Shown here: in pieces, positions 15,042-24,432 of the stretch | Position numbering within the stretch: the first letter of the stretch is position 1 | Layout: every line of letters starts with the position of its first letter | Source of the DNA: a virus | Direction: 5' to 3' (one strand) | DNA: 64,000 bases | IMG/VR virus record: IMGVR_UViG_3300028025_000097 | Notes under the pieces: generated by a model | Databases searched by the model: none | What the model saw: only the letters and a program-made list of their open reading frames with translations | What the model was told of the DNA's origin: nothing | Made by a program: the position numbers and the translations under genes

Positions 15042-17056
15042 AATATATCAAAAAGATTTTACTCTCGCCTTGGACTGCATTATTCACTCTGACTTTAGTC
15101 CTCTTCATTCGTTCACAAGATCCAGCATTTCTACAGTCTATTCGATTAAGATACTTCGATACACTTATCACTTCAAAGCAAGCACATCAATCTGAAAGTA
15201 TCAACGTAGTTAATATCGATGATGATACTATCAAGCAATTTGGTCAGTTTCCTTTCCCCAGAGACAAGTATGCTCAGATCATAGAGAATCTATTCAAGCA
15301 CAATGCAGGTCTTGTAGTCTTTAACATCTATATGCCTGATGCCGATAGATTTGGTAAGGATGGTGCGTTTGCTAACAGAATGTCGGTACAAGCTTTTCCT
15401 GTCGTCTTTCCTCAAATGGCAGGAACATCTAAATCCAGTTATGAACCATTTCGGCCCGGTGTCTCAGAGATTGGTGATTCTGCGACAGACTATACGATTC
15501 AATATGAAGCAATAGAACCTAATGTACAAGAGATTAATAATGTAGCGAAAGCAGTAGGAGTGGCAAATGTATTACCAGAAATTGATGGTGTTGTTAGGCG
15601 TGTTCCTATGGTCGTCTCAAGTGGAGGCAAGTTATATCCATCAATTGGACTTGAAACTCTGCGACTTGCCAGCGGAGACCCTAGCTTTCAGGTCAAATCA
15701 AATGCAGGAATCGAGGCTCTACGAATCCCAAGTTATGGAAAAATCACAACAGACTCTATCGGAAGAATCTGGGTGGATTGGTCTTCCAAACCAAATGAGT
15801 TTTCGTATAGTAAATTACCAGAAGATTTTGGACAGTCAATCGTTATTGTCGGAGTCACAGCAAAGGGACTCAATAATCCAATCGCAACTGCCGTGGGTGA
15901 ACAATTTCCTCATTACCTTCAAGCTTCCGTATTAGACACTCTTATCTCTGGTACAAATATCAGTCGTCCTGTTTGGGCTGATGGCGCTGAGATGTTGTTC
16001 TCTGTTCTAATAGTAATCATATCGTTATTCTTGATGCGCTTTATGATTGCTGGATATGTGTTTCCTCTTATAGCAATCGCAGGAATATACTATGGCTCTA
16101 AATACTATTTCATCAAAGAATCTTTGTTACTTGATGCTATCTTTCCAATCAGTGCTCTTCTTCTTTGTTTTATGCACGCTTATGTGGTGAAATTCATCTC
16201 TGAATGGCATCAAAAGCAGCAAGTCAAGAAGCAGTTTGGTACTTATCTATCGCCTGCATTGGTCGAGAAATTACAAAAGAATCCAGATCTATTGAAGCTC
16301 GGTGGTGAATCTAAAGAGCTATCGATTATGTTCACAGACGTTCGTGGGTTTACTGCGATCTCTGAGCATTACGGCGCAGACGTTCAAGGTCTAACTTCTA
16401 TTATGAATCGATATATGACGGCAATGACAGAGAAGATCATAGAGAACAATGGTACGCTTGATAAGTATATTGGTGACGCTCAGATGGCATTTTGGAATGC
16501 TCCTCTGGATGATCCACAACATGCCAAAAATGCAGTAAGAACAGCAATACAAATGATGGAGAGTTTAGATGAATTTAATCGACAAATTGAGCCTGAAGGT
16601 ATTCCTGCTTTTGGAATGGGTTTGGGTATTAACACTGGGACTGTTGTCGTTGGCAATATGGGTAGCGTTCAGCGTTTTGATTATACCTGTCTCGGTGATT
16701 CTGTCAATCTTGCTTCAAGGTTGGAAGGTCAATCCAAACCGTATGGAGTTCGAATTATATTGGGACCAATTACAGCGGAACAAGTCAAAGACGAATTCAA
16801 AATAGTAGAATTAGATTGCATTGCTGTTAAAGGTAAGAAGTTAGGCGTTAAGATTTACACACTTGGAGAAGAACCAATGCAAGAGAAATTCCTTTCAGAA
16901 TACTATGCAGGTAATTGGGATGAAGCTACGTTGATAGCTGAAGAAGCTGCTCGTAAGAATAAAGAGCTTAAGAAGTACTATGAAGCAATGATCGATCGCA
17001 TGAAAGAAGGTAAACCAGAAGACTGGGATGGCACTTATAGAGCAACATCAAAATAA
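15038..17056 (+). CDS. CHASE2-domain class III adenylate cyclase
   Basis: N-terminal TM + CHASE2 (VVNIDD..GQFPFPR, DGVVRRVP), 3 TMs, catalytic FTDVRGFT, DKYIGDA (Lys = ATP), GDSVNLASRLEG, VKGK. Confidence 0.92.
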   Translation: MKYIKKILLSPWTALFTLTLVLFIRSQDPAFLQSIRLRYFDTLITSKQAHQSESINVVNIDDDTIKQFGQFPFPRDKYAQIIENLFKHNAGLVVFNIYMPDADRFGKDGAFANRMSVQAFPVVFPQMAGTSKSSYEPFRPGVSEIGDSATDYTIQYEAIEPNVQEINNVAKAVGVANVLPEIDGVVRRVPMVVSSGGKLYPSIGLETLRLASGDPSFQVKSNAGIEALRIPSYGKITTDSIGRIWVDWSSKPNEFSYSKLPEDFGQSIVIVGVTAKGLNNPIATAVGEQFPHYLQASVLDTLISGTNISRPVWADGAEMLFSVLIVIISLFLMRFMIAGYVFPLIAIAGIYYGSKYYFIKESLLLDAIFPISALLLCFMHAYVVKFISEWHQKQQVKKQFGTYLSPALVEKLQKNPDLLKLGGESKELSIMFTDVRGFTAISEHYGADVQGLTSIMNRYMTAMTEKIIENNGTLDKYIGDAQMAFWNAPLDDPQHAKNAVRTAIQMMESLDEFNRQIEPEGIPAFGMGLGINTGTVVVGNMGSVQRFDYTCLGDSVNLASRLEGQSKPYGVRIILGPITAEQVKDEFKIVELDCIAVKGKKLGVKIYTLGEEPMQEKFLSEYYAGNWDEATLIAEEAARKNKELKKYYEAMIDRMKEGKPEDWDGTYRATSK

Positions 17057-17065
17057 GGAAAACGA

Positions 17066-17281
17066 ATGGATAACCTAAAACCATATGCTTGTGTAAAGCA
17101 ATGGTTTGCAATGGGTGATCATGTAGCAGTTGAGTTTGACGGTGAAAAGCACGCAATACAAACTTTAGAAGGAAGAGTAAAAGTAGAACCCGGTGATTTT
17201 ATCATCGGACCGGGTTCTCAAAACGAATATTGGCCTATTAGTAACGATATCTTTAAGAAGAAATATTGTTTAGGCTTTTAG
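17066..17281 (+). CDS. small PGDYG-like phage protein
   Basis: IQTLEG...PGDFIIG...EYWPI...IF.K.Y. Confidence 0.65.
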   Translation: MDNLKPYACVKQWFAMGDHVAVEFDGEKHAIQTLEGRVKVEPGDFIIGPGSQNEYWPISNDIFKKKYCLGF

Positions 17282-17457
17282 TCGCCTGAATCAGTATTCA
17301 CAACATGCTTGACCGACATTCTCTTTTTATTGTATTCATAAGAAGTTTCAGCTTCGCAAAACAACTTTCGAGTAAGTGCTCGATGAACGTCGTCCTGTAT
17401 GTTGCTTAACATAATCTTAGTCAATTTATTCATCTTATAGTTTCCATCAAATTTCAT
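17278..17457 (-). CDS. hypothetical protein
   Basis: Likely start MKFDGNYK after AAGGA. Confidence 0.6.
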   Translation of the reverse strand: MKFDGNYKMNKLTKIMLSNIQDDVHRALTRKLFCEAETSYEYNKKRMSVKHVVNTDSGD

Positions 17458-17467
17458 AATATTTCCT

Positions 17468-18301
17468 TTAAAATTGAAGATCGTGTGGGTCATCAGTAGC
17501 TAACTGAATCGGTAAATAATCCCAATGTTCTTTTAGAACTGGAGTAAAATTAGTAGGTGAACGACGAATAAAGTATTTTGGCACTTTCATCTGAAGTTGA
17601 TCTACCAAATTTACGAAAAACGAGTCTATACCAATAAAACATGCGCTATTCTCGATAATCGTCGTCCAATCGAAGATATTATCAGTCAAACCAGTAATTT
17701 CGATTAGCTTAGCGTTTTTTAATCCTATGCCTGCTACAAATGCGCCGATATCTAGTTCATATTTAATACGACCCATAGCGCCTGATGTATGATAGACTAC
17801 ATATGGTTTAGTATCCCAAATAAGACGATCATATAGTTCTTTTTCTTGTTTTTTATTGCGACGAATATCTAGATTCCATTTCTCTTCAAATGGCACATTC
17901 GTTGCAGCATACTTAAACTGATCAAATGTTGTATGAAATGATAAACCAAGATTCTTAGCTCGAATAGGAACTGGATCAATCAATCGAGATGGAAGTCCTA
18001 TTTTCTTAAAATGTAAGATCTCTTCATACGGAAAACTTACTATCTCATGGCATCCAGCATCTAACAGCATTTGTCGTGGCGTTTCAAACCAATATGGATT
18101 TCGAATATTACTTTGAATGGTTTTCTCTTCTACTTTCAAAGGTAGAAACGTTACATAAGGAGCAGCATAACTAAAAGCCTTATGAAATGCTTCATCAATT
18201 ACCCAATAAACATCATGACCTTGGTTATAAAAGTACTTTGCGATAGGAAGAGCAATCAGTGCATCACCTGCTCCTCGTAGTTGAATGATACCTAAATTCA
18301 T
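17468..18301 (-). CDS. glycosyltransferase family 9 (heptosyltransferase)-like
   Basis: RGAGDALIALP N-terminal motif; FIGIDS C-terminal motif. Confidence 0.7.
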   Translation of the reverse strand: MNLGIIQLRGAGDALIALPIAKYFYNQGHDVYWVIDEAFHKAFSYAAPYVTFLPLKVEEKTIQSNIRNPYWFETPRQMLLDAGCHEIVSFPYEEILHFKKIGLPSRLIDPVPIRAKNLGLSFHTTFDQFKYAATNVPFEEKWNLDIRRNKKQEKELYDRLIWDTKPYVVYHTSGAMGRIKYELDIGAFVAGIGLKNAKLIEITGLTDNIFDWTTIIENSACFIGIDSFFVNLVDQLQMKVPKYFIRRSPTNFTPVLKEHWDYLPIQLATDDPHDLQF

Positions 18302-19050
18302 TATAAAACCTCTTCAATTTCCTTGAGTGATGGTGAATAAACTCCAGTGTGCCTTACTGTAATAGAACTTGCAACATTAGCATATATGATACTATCTTCG
18401 ATGCTCTTTGTTTGTAGGTATCTATACACGAGAGCAGAGAAGAAAGTATCACCCGCTCCACACACATCATATACTTCTACATGTTTAGTTTTGTATAGAT
18501 TACCTTTATATGATGCGCCTAGATCACCCAGAGTAGTGATGAGATGCTCGTTTGGATACGAAGTGGCATCATCGAATTCTTTTTGATTGATCTTTACGAT
18601 CATACCTTCATATCGAGCAAGGTCTTTCTTCTTCGTATCTATGAAGATCGGACCATCATAGTTTCTTTTGACATATTGAATAGTGTCTTCTGTAACAGAA
18701 CCTTTGTCATAGTCTGATATTACGATGGCATCCCAAGTGCTATATCCATTATGAAGAGTAGGCACTACTAATGGGTCACGAGCAGGATCTTCGTCTAGGC
18801 GCATGATATGCTGTGAAGTTTTCATATCGATGAATCGAGTCTTCGTAGATCTACCAGTCGTGATAAAAACTACTTCACACCCCAATCGTTCTAGGTTATG
18901 CCATACGTTTGCTGCCATACCATGTCGTTCTTCTTTATGAAGAAGATCTAGAACTGGAACTGGGGCTTCGGGGCTGATACGTTTGACATCGCCGTAATAA
19001 TAGACATCACGACAGTTATCACCAAGCAAAAGAATATATGGAGTCTTCAT
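18301..19050 (-). CDS. PfkB-family heptose-7-phosphate kinase (HldA/RfaE domain I)
   Basis: RISPEAPVPV, GMAANV, ISDYDKG, DVCGAGDTF. Confidence 0.88.
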   Translation of the reverse strand: MKTPYILLLGDNCRDVYYYGDVKRISPEAPVPVLDLLHKEERHGMAANVWHNLERLGCEVVFITTGRSTKTRFIDMKTSQHIMRLDEDPARDPLVVPTLHNGYSTWDAIVISDYDKGSVTEDTIQYVKRNYDGPIFIDTKKKDLARYEGMIVKINQKEFDDATSYPNEHLITTLGDLGASYKGNLYKTKHVEVYDVCGAGDTFFSALVYRYLQTKSIEDSIIYANVASSITVRHTGVYSPSLKEIEEVL

Positions 19051-19637
19051 AGTTTTCGTAGGATGATTTCAATACATGATTCGATACAAGGATGGAGGGT
19101 TTGATCCTGCGGAAGATAGCCTTCATAATAAAAGTCTCGAATAACTTCGATCTTTTCTACCACTGCCTCAGTTCCACAGCATTCATTCAAGAAATCTAGT
19201 ACATAGATGTTTTCGGGCGCAATGACATTCTTCATACTAAACGTAACTTTATGATCCGTATTGTAGATACTTGGCCAATTGCCCTGTTCATACATCTCAC
19301 GATCAGGAATAGTGATGATTAAATACCCATTGCTTTTACATACACGAATCCAGTTCTTTAGCGCAACACGAGGATCTACCATGTGTTCTAAACAATGACT
19401 AGATGTAACAAAATCGTATTCGTTATCTGATACGCTTTCTAGATATTGAGCATCGCCATCTGGAAGATCCCATGGTCTTACATCTTGAATACCACGAAAT
19501 ACATGGCGAAGGCGGCCAAGATTGTCGTCACCACAACCAATGTCAATTCCTTTTCCAATGAAGTATCGATTATGAAAGTTACCATCATCAAATCGACGCT
19601 TAGCTGCTTTACTTTGTTCAAACATATTATACCTCAC
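19047..19637 (-). CDS. class I SAM-dependent methyltransferase
   Basis: GIDIGCG, YDFVTSSHCLEH, W.RV.K.NGYLIITIPD. Confidence 0.85.
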   Translation of the reverse strand: MRYNMFEQSKAAKRRFDDGNFHNRYFIGKGIDIGCGDDNLGRLRHVFRGIQDVRPWDLPDGDAQYLESVSDNEYDFVTSSHCLEHMVDPRVALKNWIRVCKSNGYLIITIPDREMYEQGNWPSIYNTDHKVTFSMKNVIAPENIYVLDFLNECCGTEAVVEKIEVIRDFYYEGYLPQDQTLHPCIESCIEIILRKL

Positions 19638-19951
19638 TCATCAACAAACCATACATCTCCGCCCGACACAAATCTTGAAGTATCTTCTTCAAAACTATGC
19701 GGAACTATATAATCATCTTCTACTTTTTCTTGGACTTCTGGATCGCTTAAGGGTCTAAATCCTTGTCGAGAATTACGTTGACCCTTTATCCATTTATTTA
19801 TTTCACCCTCTTCAGTCTCGTAAAACTTTTTGCCGCCGATTGACTTTTTCTTTTTGTCTTCTTCAGACCATGTTCTACTATTGGCGCATGAAATAGAGCA
19901 AAACTTACGTGTAAAATTATGCTCTACTCCACACTTAGGACAAGTCTTCAT
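19634..19951 (-). CDS. zinc-finger protein (homing-endonuclease-like N-terminus, no nuclease domain seen)
   Basis: CPKC...FCSISCANSR. Confidence 0.55.
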   Translation of the reverse strand: MKTCPKCGVEHNFTRKFCSISCANSRTWSEEDKKKKSIGGKKFYETEEGEINKWIKGQRNSRQGFRPLSDPEVQEKVEDDYIVPHSFEEDTSRFVSGGDVWFVDE

Positions 19952-20136
19952 TAGTCGATAAAAGGATGAAGGTTTTTATTTTCTGATAGCAATGACTTGA
20001 GAAAGGCGTTTTCGTCGAGGGTCTTAATCAAAGACTTTTCAACGGTTTTATACTGATTATGCAGATTTTGATATAGCATCTCCAAAGTATTAAAGTTATC
20101 CGTTTCATAGTAATTTTGTTGCTTATACATAGACAT
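19951..20136 (-). CDS. hypothetical coiled-coil protein
   Basis: AGGAG RBS; late promoter at 20168-20175. Confidence 0.6.
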   Translation of the reverse strand: MSMYKQQNYYETDNFNTLEMLYQNLHNQYKTVEKSLIKTLDENAFLKSLLSENKNLHPFID

Positions 20137-20167
20137 CTCCTATCGTTAAGCGGTTAATAAGAAATTT

Positions 20168-20175
20168 TATTTATA
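20168..20175 (-). promoter_or_regulatory. T4-type late promoter
   Basis: TATAAATA ahead of the glyco-gene run. Confidence 0.6.
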
Positions 20176-20443
20176 AAAGTCTGTATAGACCTATGCTATC
20201 AATAGTCATTAATAGCACGTAGTTCATGAGCATGCCAAACGATTGACGAGTGTACGCAGTCCAAGCGTACATCCCGCAACCCATAATCCAAAAAGGATAC
20301 ATGACCATAAGAGGCGGATCGGGGACTGTTGCTGCCATAGTAATGGCGCAACTGATGCTAATACACCAAGCCAAAAACTCAATACAAAAGCGAAAAGGGT
20401 AAGATTTAAAATCATCAATAATCCATCGTATAGTTTTATTCAT
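20171..20443 (-). CDS. small multi-TM membrane protein
   Basis: Three hydrophobic segments. Confidence 0.65.
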   Translation of the reverse strand: MNKTIRWIIDDFKSYPFRFCIEFLAWCISISCAITMAATVPDPPLMVMYPFWIMGCGMYAWTAYTRQSFGMLMNYVLLMTIDSIGLYRLL

Positions 20444-20460
20444 ATTTAATTTGTAAACTT

Positions 20461-20709
20461 TTACTCTTCCCAGCCTAATGCTTTAACACATTTCTTTCTA
20501 CCATGCTTATGTGTAAGAATATGAGTAATAGCCTGATCTTTACTTGTCAATCCTGTCTTATCTACAGGAATTCTAGTAAGACTAGCAGCATGGCTTCTTA
20601 GATCTTTAAGAGACATCTTCTTTAAACCTGCATGCTCTTTTCTAATCTGATCTAAATGCCATTCCTCACCGCTTTGGTGTTCTTCAACAAAATCATTAAA
20701 CGATTTCAT
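20461..20709 (-). CDS. putative internal head protein
   Basis: MKSFNDFVEE capsid-targeting-like N-terminus. Confidence 0.5.
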   Translation of the reverse strand: MKSFNDFVEEHQSGEEWHLDQIRKEHAGLKKMSLKDLRSHAASLTRIPVDKTGLTSKDQAITHILTHKHGRKKCVKALGWEE

Positions 20710-20726
20710 CTACTTTCCTTTTTATT

Positions 20727-20800
20727 TGGCATCCGTGTAAGGATTTGAACCTCAACTAACTATTTTGGAGACAGTTGTGCTGCCATTACACCACACGGAT
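20727..20800 (-). tRNA. trnW: tRNA-Trp(CCA)
   Basis: Acceptor AUCCGUG/CACGGAU, anticodon loop CUCCAAA, GGUUCAAAUCC T arm, encoded CCA. Confidence 0.92.
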
Positions 20801-20806
20801 ATTTGA

Positions 20807-20881
20807 TGGCTCCTCCCCTCCGAATCGAACGGAGCTCACAAGGATTAACAGTCCTGCCGCACACCGTGTGCGTTGAGAGGA
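20807..20881 (-). tRNA. trnN: tRNA-Asn(GTT)
   Basis: Acceptor UCCUCUC/GGGAGGA, anticodon loop CUGUUAA, T arm CUCCG-UUCGAUU-CGGAG, encoded CCA. Confidence 0.88.
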
Positions 20882-20892
20882 ATATTCTTTAT

Positions 20893-21339
20893 TTACGTAT
20901 TATATTGTGTTATAAAATTATTGTACAACACTTCTTCCATTTCGTATGCTTCCAATTCCCATGGTGCAGAGGTGTACATTTCATATTCATTCTCTACTAT
21001 ATATGCTTCGCCTTTCCAATGCATTTGGTTTTTCTTAAACTGCAATTGATTTTTTCTGTATTGCTTTAAGTGTACCATTTCATGAGCAAGAGTTCTAAGT
21101 CTTTCTTCTTGACTAAGCTTTGTTGCTATTTCAATATAGAAATTTTTTGGATAATAATTGGTTTCTGGTAAGCACCATCCATGGATATTCATGTTTGCTG
21201 GTGCTTTCATAAACGACAATATAATATCTAAATATCCTGGATCTTTCTTGAAGAGTTGAGTGCAATAAAATATTGTAGCATCTTTATATAATTGCTTTTG
21301 CTTTTTTTCCTTTATGCCTTCAATCTCTATCTCAATCAT
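20893..21339 (-). CDS. putative zinc metallopeptidase (HExxH), paralog of 2409..2915
   Basis: TLAHEMVHLKQY...APWELEA. Confidence 0.7.
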   Translation of the reverse strand: MIEIEIEGIKEKKQKQLYKDATIFYCTQLFKKDPGYLDIILSFMKAPANMNIHGWCLPETNYYPKNFYIEIATKLSQEERLRTLAHEMVHLKQYRKNQLQFKKNQMHWKGEAYIVENEYEMYTSAPWELEAYEMEEVLYNNFITQYNT

Positions 21340-21919
21340 AGAGACCCATCACTTGAGATTCCATTGTCAATAGATCTAAAATGCCATGTGAATACCATTT
21401 TGGAATTTCACGATTAGTCCATCGAGCAAATCCATTCTTCTTCATGATATAGTACATGCGATAAGCATTTACTGCACCATGAGTCTTACACTCTTCTGGC
21501 ATGGCCTGAGGAGGTTCCTCAATTAACAGACTCTTGATTGGAATATTACGAGGAAGTCTCGACAAAGCAAATTCAAGTTCACCAGTCTTATGTTGCTTGC
21601 CATAACGATGAGTGTATTCTTTCAGCAAATACTTCCACATCGTAAGCAACCAAGTATAATGACTTGCATCCTGTCGAACCCAGACTGCAGAAGGATGATT
21701 GACATGAGATGCCTTATAGATCATACTATCGATATGATCATTCAACTTCCAACGCTTGATCTTACGACCAGAGCTGTTGTCAATATATTCTTTACCATCA
21801 AGCATTCGATGAGCGGTCGACATCAATTGAGCATATTCGATGATCATCTTAACGACATGCTTATCGCAATGGTATTCTGCGCACTGTTGCGGCTCGTATG
21901 ATAAGAAAAAGATGTTCAT
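21332..21919 (-). CDS. pyrimidine-dimer DNA glycosylase / endonuclease V-like
   Basis: MNIFFL...HCDKHVVKM..E.AQL.STAH, HVNHPS, PQAMP, AYR.YY. Confidence 0.75.
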   Translation of the reverse strand: MNIFFLSYEPQQCAEYHCDKHVVKMIIEYAQLMSTAHRMLDGKEYIDNSSGRKIKRWKLNDHIDSMIYKASHVNHPSAVWVRQDASHYTWLLTMWKYLLKEYTHRYGKQHKTGELEFALSRLPRNIPIKSLLIEEPPQAMPEECKTHGAVNAYRMYYIMKKNGFARWTNREIPKWYSHGILDLLTMESQVMGLYD

Positions 21920-21946
21920 AAAATTCCTATAATGTATGTTACGTCT

Positions 21947-21975
21947 ATTATACTATATTTTTATATTTAAGTAAA
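21947..21975 (-). promoter_or_regulatory. early/middle sigma70-type promoter
   Basis: TTTACT-17-TATAAT. Confidence 0.65.
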
Positions 21976-23346
21976 ATCTTCAAACAAAGTTTTATCAAAT
22001 TTCTTTTTCATAGGCGATACATTAGAAGTATCACGACTCTCATCAATGATGTCTTGCTGTGCTGCCTGTTCTACATTATATAGCTTCATCTTAGCTCTAT
22101 CAACGCCAATCACAAACTTCTTATACATATTTGGATCACTATAACGATTTTTCAACTGTTTAACCATCAACTGATTTAGACCATTGAGTTGTTCACCAGT
22201 GATGATGGCAAACATGAAGTCTGCAGTTGCTGGTAGACCAAACGATTCAGAGGTATCTTCAAGACCAACATCAGAGTTACTGTAACCACTCCGATTTGTT
22301 TGTGTAGCCGAAATGATTGGCACATTGAACTCCACTGCAAGACCACGAAGTTCTTCTGCAATTGCCTTTACGTATGTATATGAATTGAAGTTGGTACCTG
22401 TCTTCAATCTTGCAGATGAGCAGATATTCAAATAATCAATATAAACGATATCTGGTACAAAGTTCTTCTTGATCTTCAATTCATTAAACAGATATCGAAA
22501 GTTAGATGAACTTGCAGATGCAGTAGGATATTCTTTTACAATCAACTTACCAACAGTCTTTTCTTTTGCACGATTGATTTTACGTTCATAGACATCTCTT
22601 GGCATTTCTGCCAACTCATCCATCGTTACGTTTAGAATATTTGCATCGATACGCTCAGCGATCTTCTCTTCAGACATTTCAAGGGTAATATACAACACAT
22701 TGATGCCGCTCATCAGATTGGCTGATGCACAATGGCACATAAACATTGACTTACCAACACCAGTACCTGCAAGTACGATGTTCAATGTTTTAGGCGATAA
22801 TCCACCTTTAGTGATTTTATTAAAGTACTCGAGATCAAAGGGAATCTTGGATTCCTTACGATGATACATCGCATATCGATCTTCCCAATCATCAAGTAAG
22901 TTATGACCAATATGCGTATCAAAGGAAACTGCCAGAGCATCAGACAAGAGCTGAGGGATAGATCCCTTTGAGATTTCAGCCTTCTCATCAGACATCAACT
23001 TAATAGACTTAGAAATTGCATTGAACAGAGCTTGGTCTTGACAGAACTTCTCTGTCTGATCAAGCAACCAATTTACTTTGGTATTTGGGTCAGAACTTAA
23101 GTTCTCGATAGTATTAGTACTATCTTTGAACTGTTGTTCGTTCAGATCTTTACGATTACTTAGATCGATGACCAACGCCTCCTTCGAGGGGAAAGCGTTG
23201 TACTTCTTTAGATACTCATCGATTAGATTGAAGATTACTCGATCATTTACATCCTTAAAATATTCATCTTTGATGAAAGGGATAGCTCTGCGACCATAGT
23301 CTTCATTAAAGAGTAGACTAGATAGAATCGTCTTCTCGATCGTCAT
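21967..23346 (-). CDS. gp41: replicative DNA helicase
   Basis: [34 protein letters not shown]. Confidence 0.95.
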   Translation of the reverse strand: MTIEKTILSSLLFNEDYGRRAIPFIKDEYFKDVNDRVIFNLIDEYLKKYNAFPSKEALVIDLSNRKDLNEQQFKDSTNTIENLSSDPNTKVNWLLDQTEKFCQDQALFNAISKSIKLMSDEKAEISKGSIPQLLSDALAVSFDTHIGHNLLDDWEDRYAMYHRKESKIPFDLEYFNKITKGGLSPKTLNIVLAGTGVGKSMFMCHCASANLMSGINVLYITLEMSEEKIAERIDANILNVTMDELAEMPRDVYERKINRAKEKTVGKLIVKEYPTASASSSNFRYLFNELKIKKNFVPDIVYIDYLNICSSARLKTGTNFNSYTYVKAIAEELRGLAVEFNVPIISATQTNRSGYSNSDVGLEDTSESFGLPATADFMFAIITGEQLNGLNQLMVKQLKNRYSDPNMYKKFVIGVDRAKMKLYNVEQAAQQDIIDESRDTSNVSPMKKKFDKTLFEDFT

Positions 23347-24373
23347 TCAATTCTCCTACACTGTAAGTACCATAACTGTATTCTTTCTTTGCACACTCAT
23401 CTAAGCGCTGCAGCATCTCATCAGTAAAGTACTTCTCTGGATTGTTATTGATTTCTTTACCAAACAATTTGGTACCGTCTGGTAATTCATAACGAGTAGT
23501 AACCTTTTTGATGATGTCATACTTTTCAGCTAGCTCAAGTAGACCATAATACTTATCTAGACCTTTATCATAAGATAGACGTACTTCTACTTGGCTATTT
23601 TCTTTTGATAGGCGTGACTTGTACATTTTAACTTTAACGATGTTACCAACAACATCAGTGCCTTCTTTATCTTTCTTCTTAGAAAGCATGGCAATTGTAG
23701 AAGCAGCGTATTTGAGCCCCGAACCACCTGAGATTTCATTTGTAGGCACATATGCACCGACTGCTGCATAGACATGATTGGTCAAAATCAAAGGTACCTT
23801 AACTTTAGCAAGCTTAAGAGTAAGCACTCTAAATGTGGCTTTGATAATTTGAGCCTTTGTCATATCTCGTGTTTCTTTGCCTTCAGATGTGTCTTCCATT
23901 TCTTTTGTAGAAGACAATAGTCCTAATGAATCAAGAACCATCATGAAAGGAGGACGCTTATCTCCAGACTTTTCATAGTATTCAAGAGTCTTGAGCGCAT
24001 GAGTCCTAAACTTCTGAATGGTATCCATTTCGGCAACGATTACTCGTTTGGTATCGATGCCTCGCTGTTCCATCATTGACTTAGTAACCGCAGCTTCAGT
24101 GTCATAATACATAACACCAGCTTCTGGATTAGCATCTAAGAACGCTTTGACGATGCCGAGTACGAAGAAAGTTTTTCCTGTAGCAGATTCACCGGCAAAA
24201 GCAGTAATTTTATTATTTGGCACACCACCAAAAAGACTGCCGCTAAGCACAGCGTTGAGAATATAAGAACCAGTATCAATGCATCCACTATATTCTGCAG
24301 AACCTTGACCATCAGCGGCGATTCGAGTATCTTCATCTTTGAGTGTCTCCACTAGATTTTTGAAAAATGACAT
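23318..24373 (-). CDS. uvsX: RecA-like recombinase UvsX
   Basis: [32 protein letters not shown]. Confidence 0.95.
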   Translation of the reverse strand: MSFFKNLVETLKDEDTRIAADGQGSAEYSGCIDTGSYILNAVLSGSLFGGVPNNKITAFAGESATGKTFFVLGIVKAFLDANPEAGVMYYDTEAAVTKSMMEQRGIDTKRVIVAEMDTIQKFRTHALKTLEYYEKSGDKRPPFMMVLDSLGLLSSTKEMEDTSEGKETRDMTKAQIIKATFRVLTLKLAKVKVPLILTNHVYAAVGAYVPTNEISGGSGLKYAASTIAMLSKKKDKEGTDVVGNIVKVKMYKSRLSKENSQVEVRLSYDKGLDKYYGLLELAEKYDIIKKVTTRYELPDGTKLFGKEINNNPEKYFTDEMLQRLDECAKKEYSYGTYSVGELNDDREDDSI

Positions 24374-24432
24374 ATATTTCCTTTCAGTTTCACTTATAAT
24401 GATTATACAGTATGTGTTTAATTAAATATACC

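Noticed and set aside
19634-19951. Active homing endonuclease
   Set aside because: Only the zinc-finger-like N-terminus is present; no HNH or GIY-YIG motif
20727-20800. Suppressor tRNA or recoded genetic code
   Set aside because: Anticodon is CCA; all three stops terminate genes normally and core genes are full length in code 11
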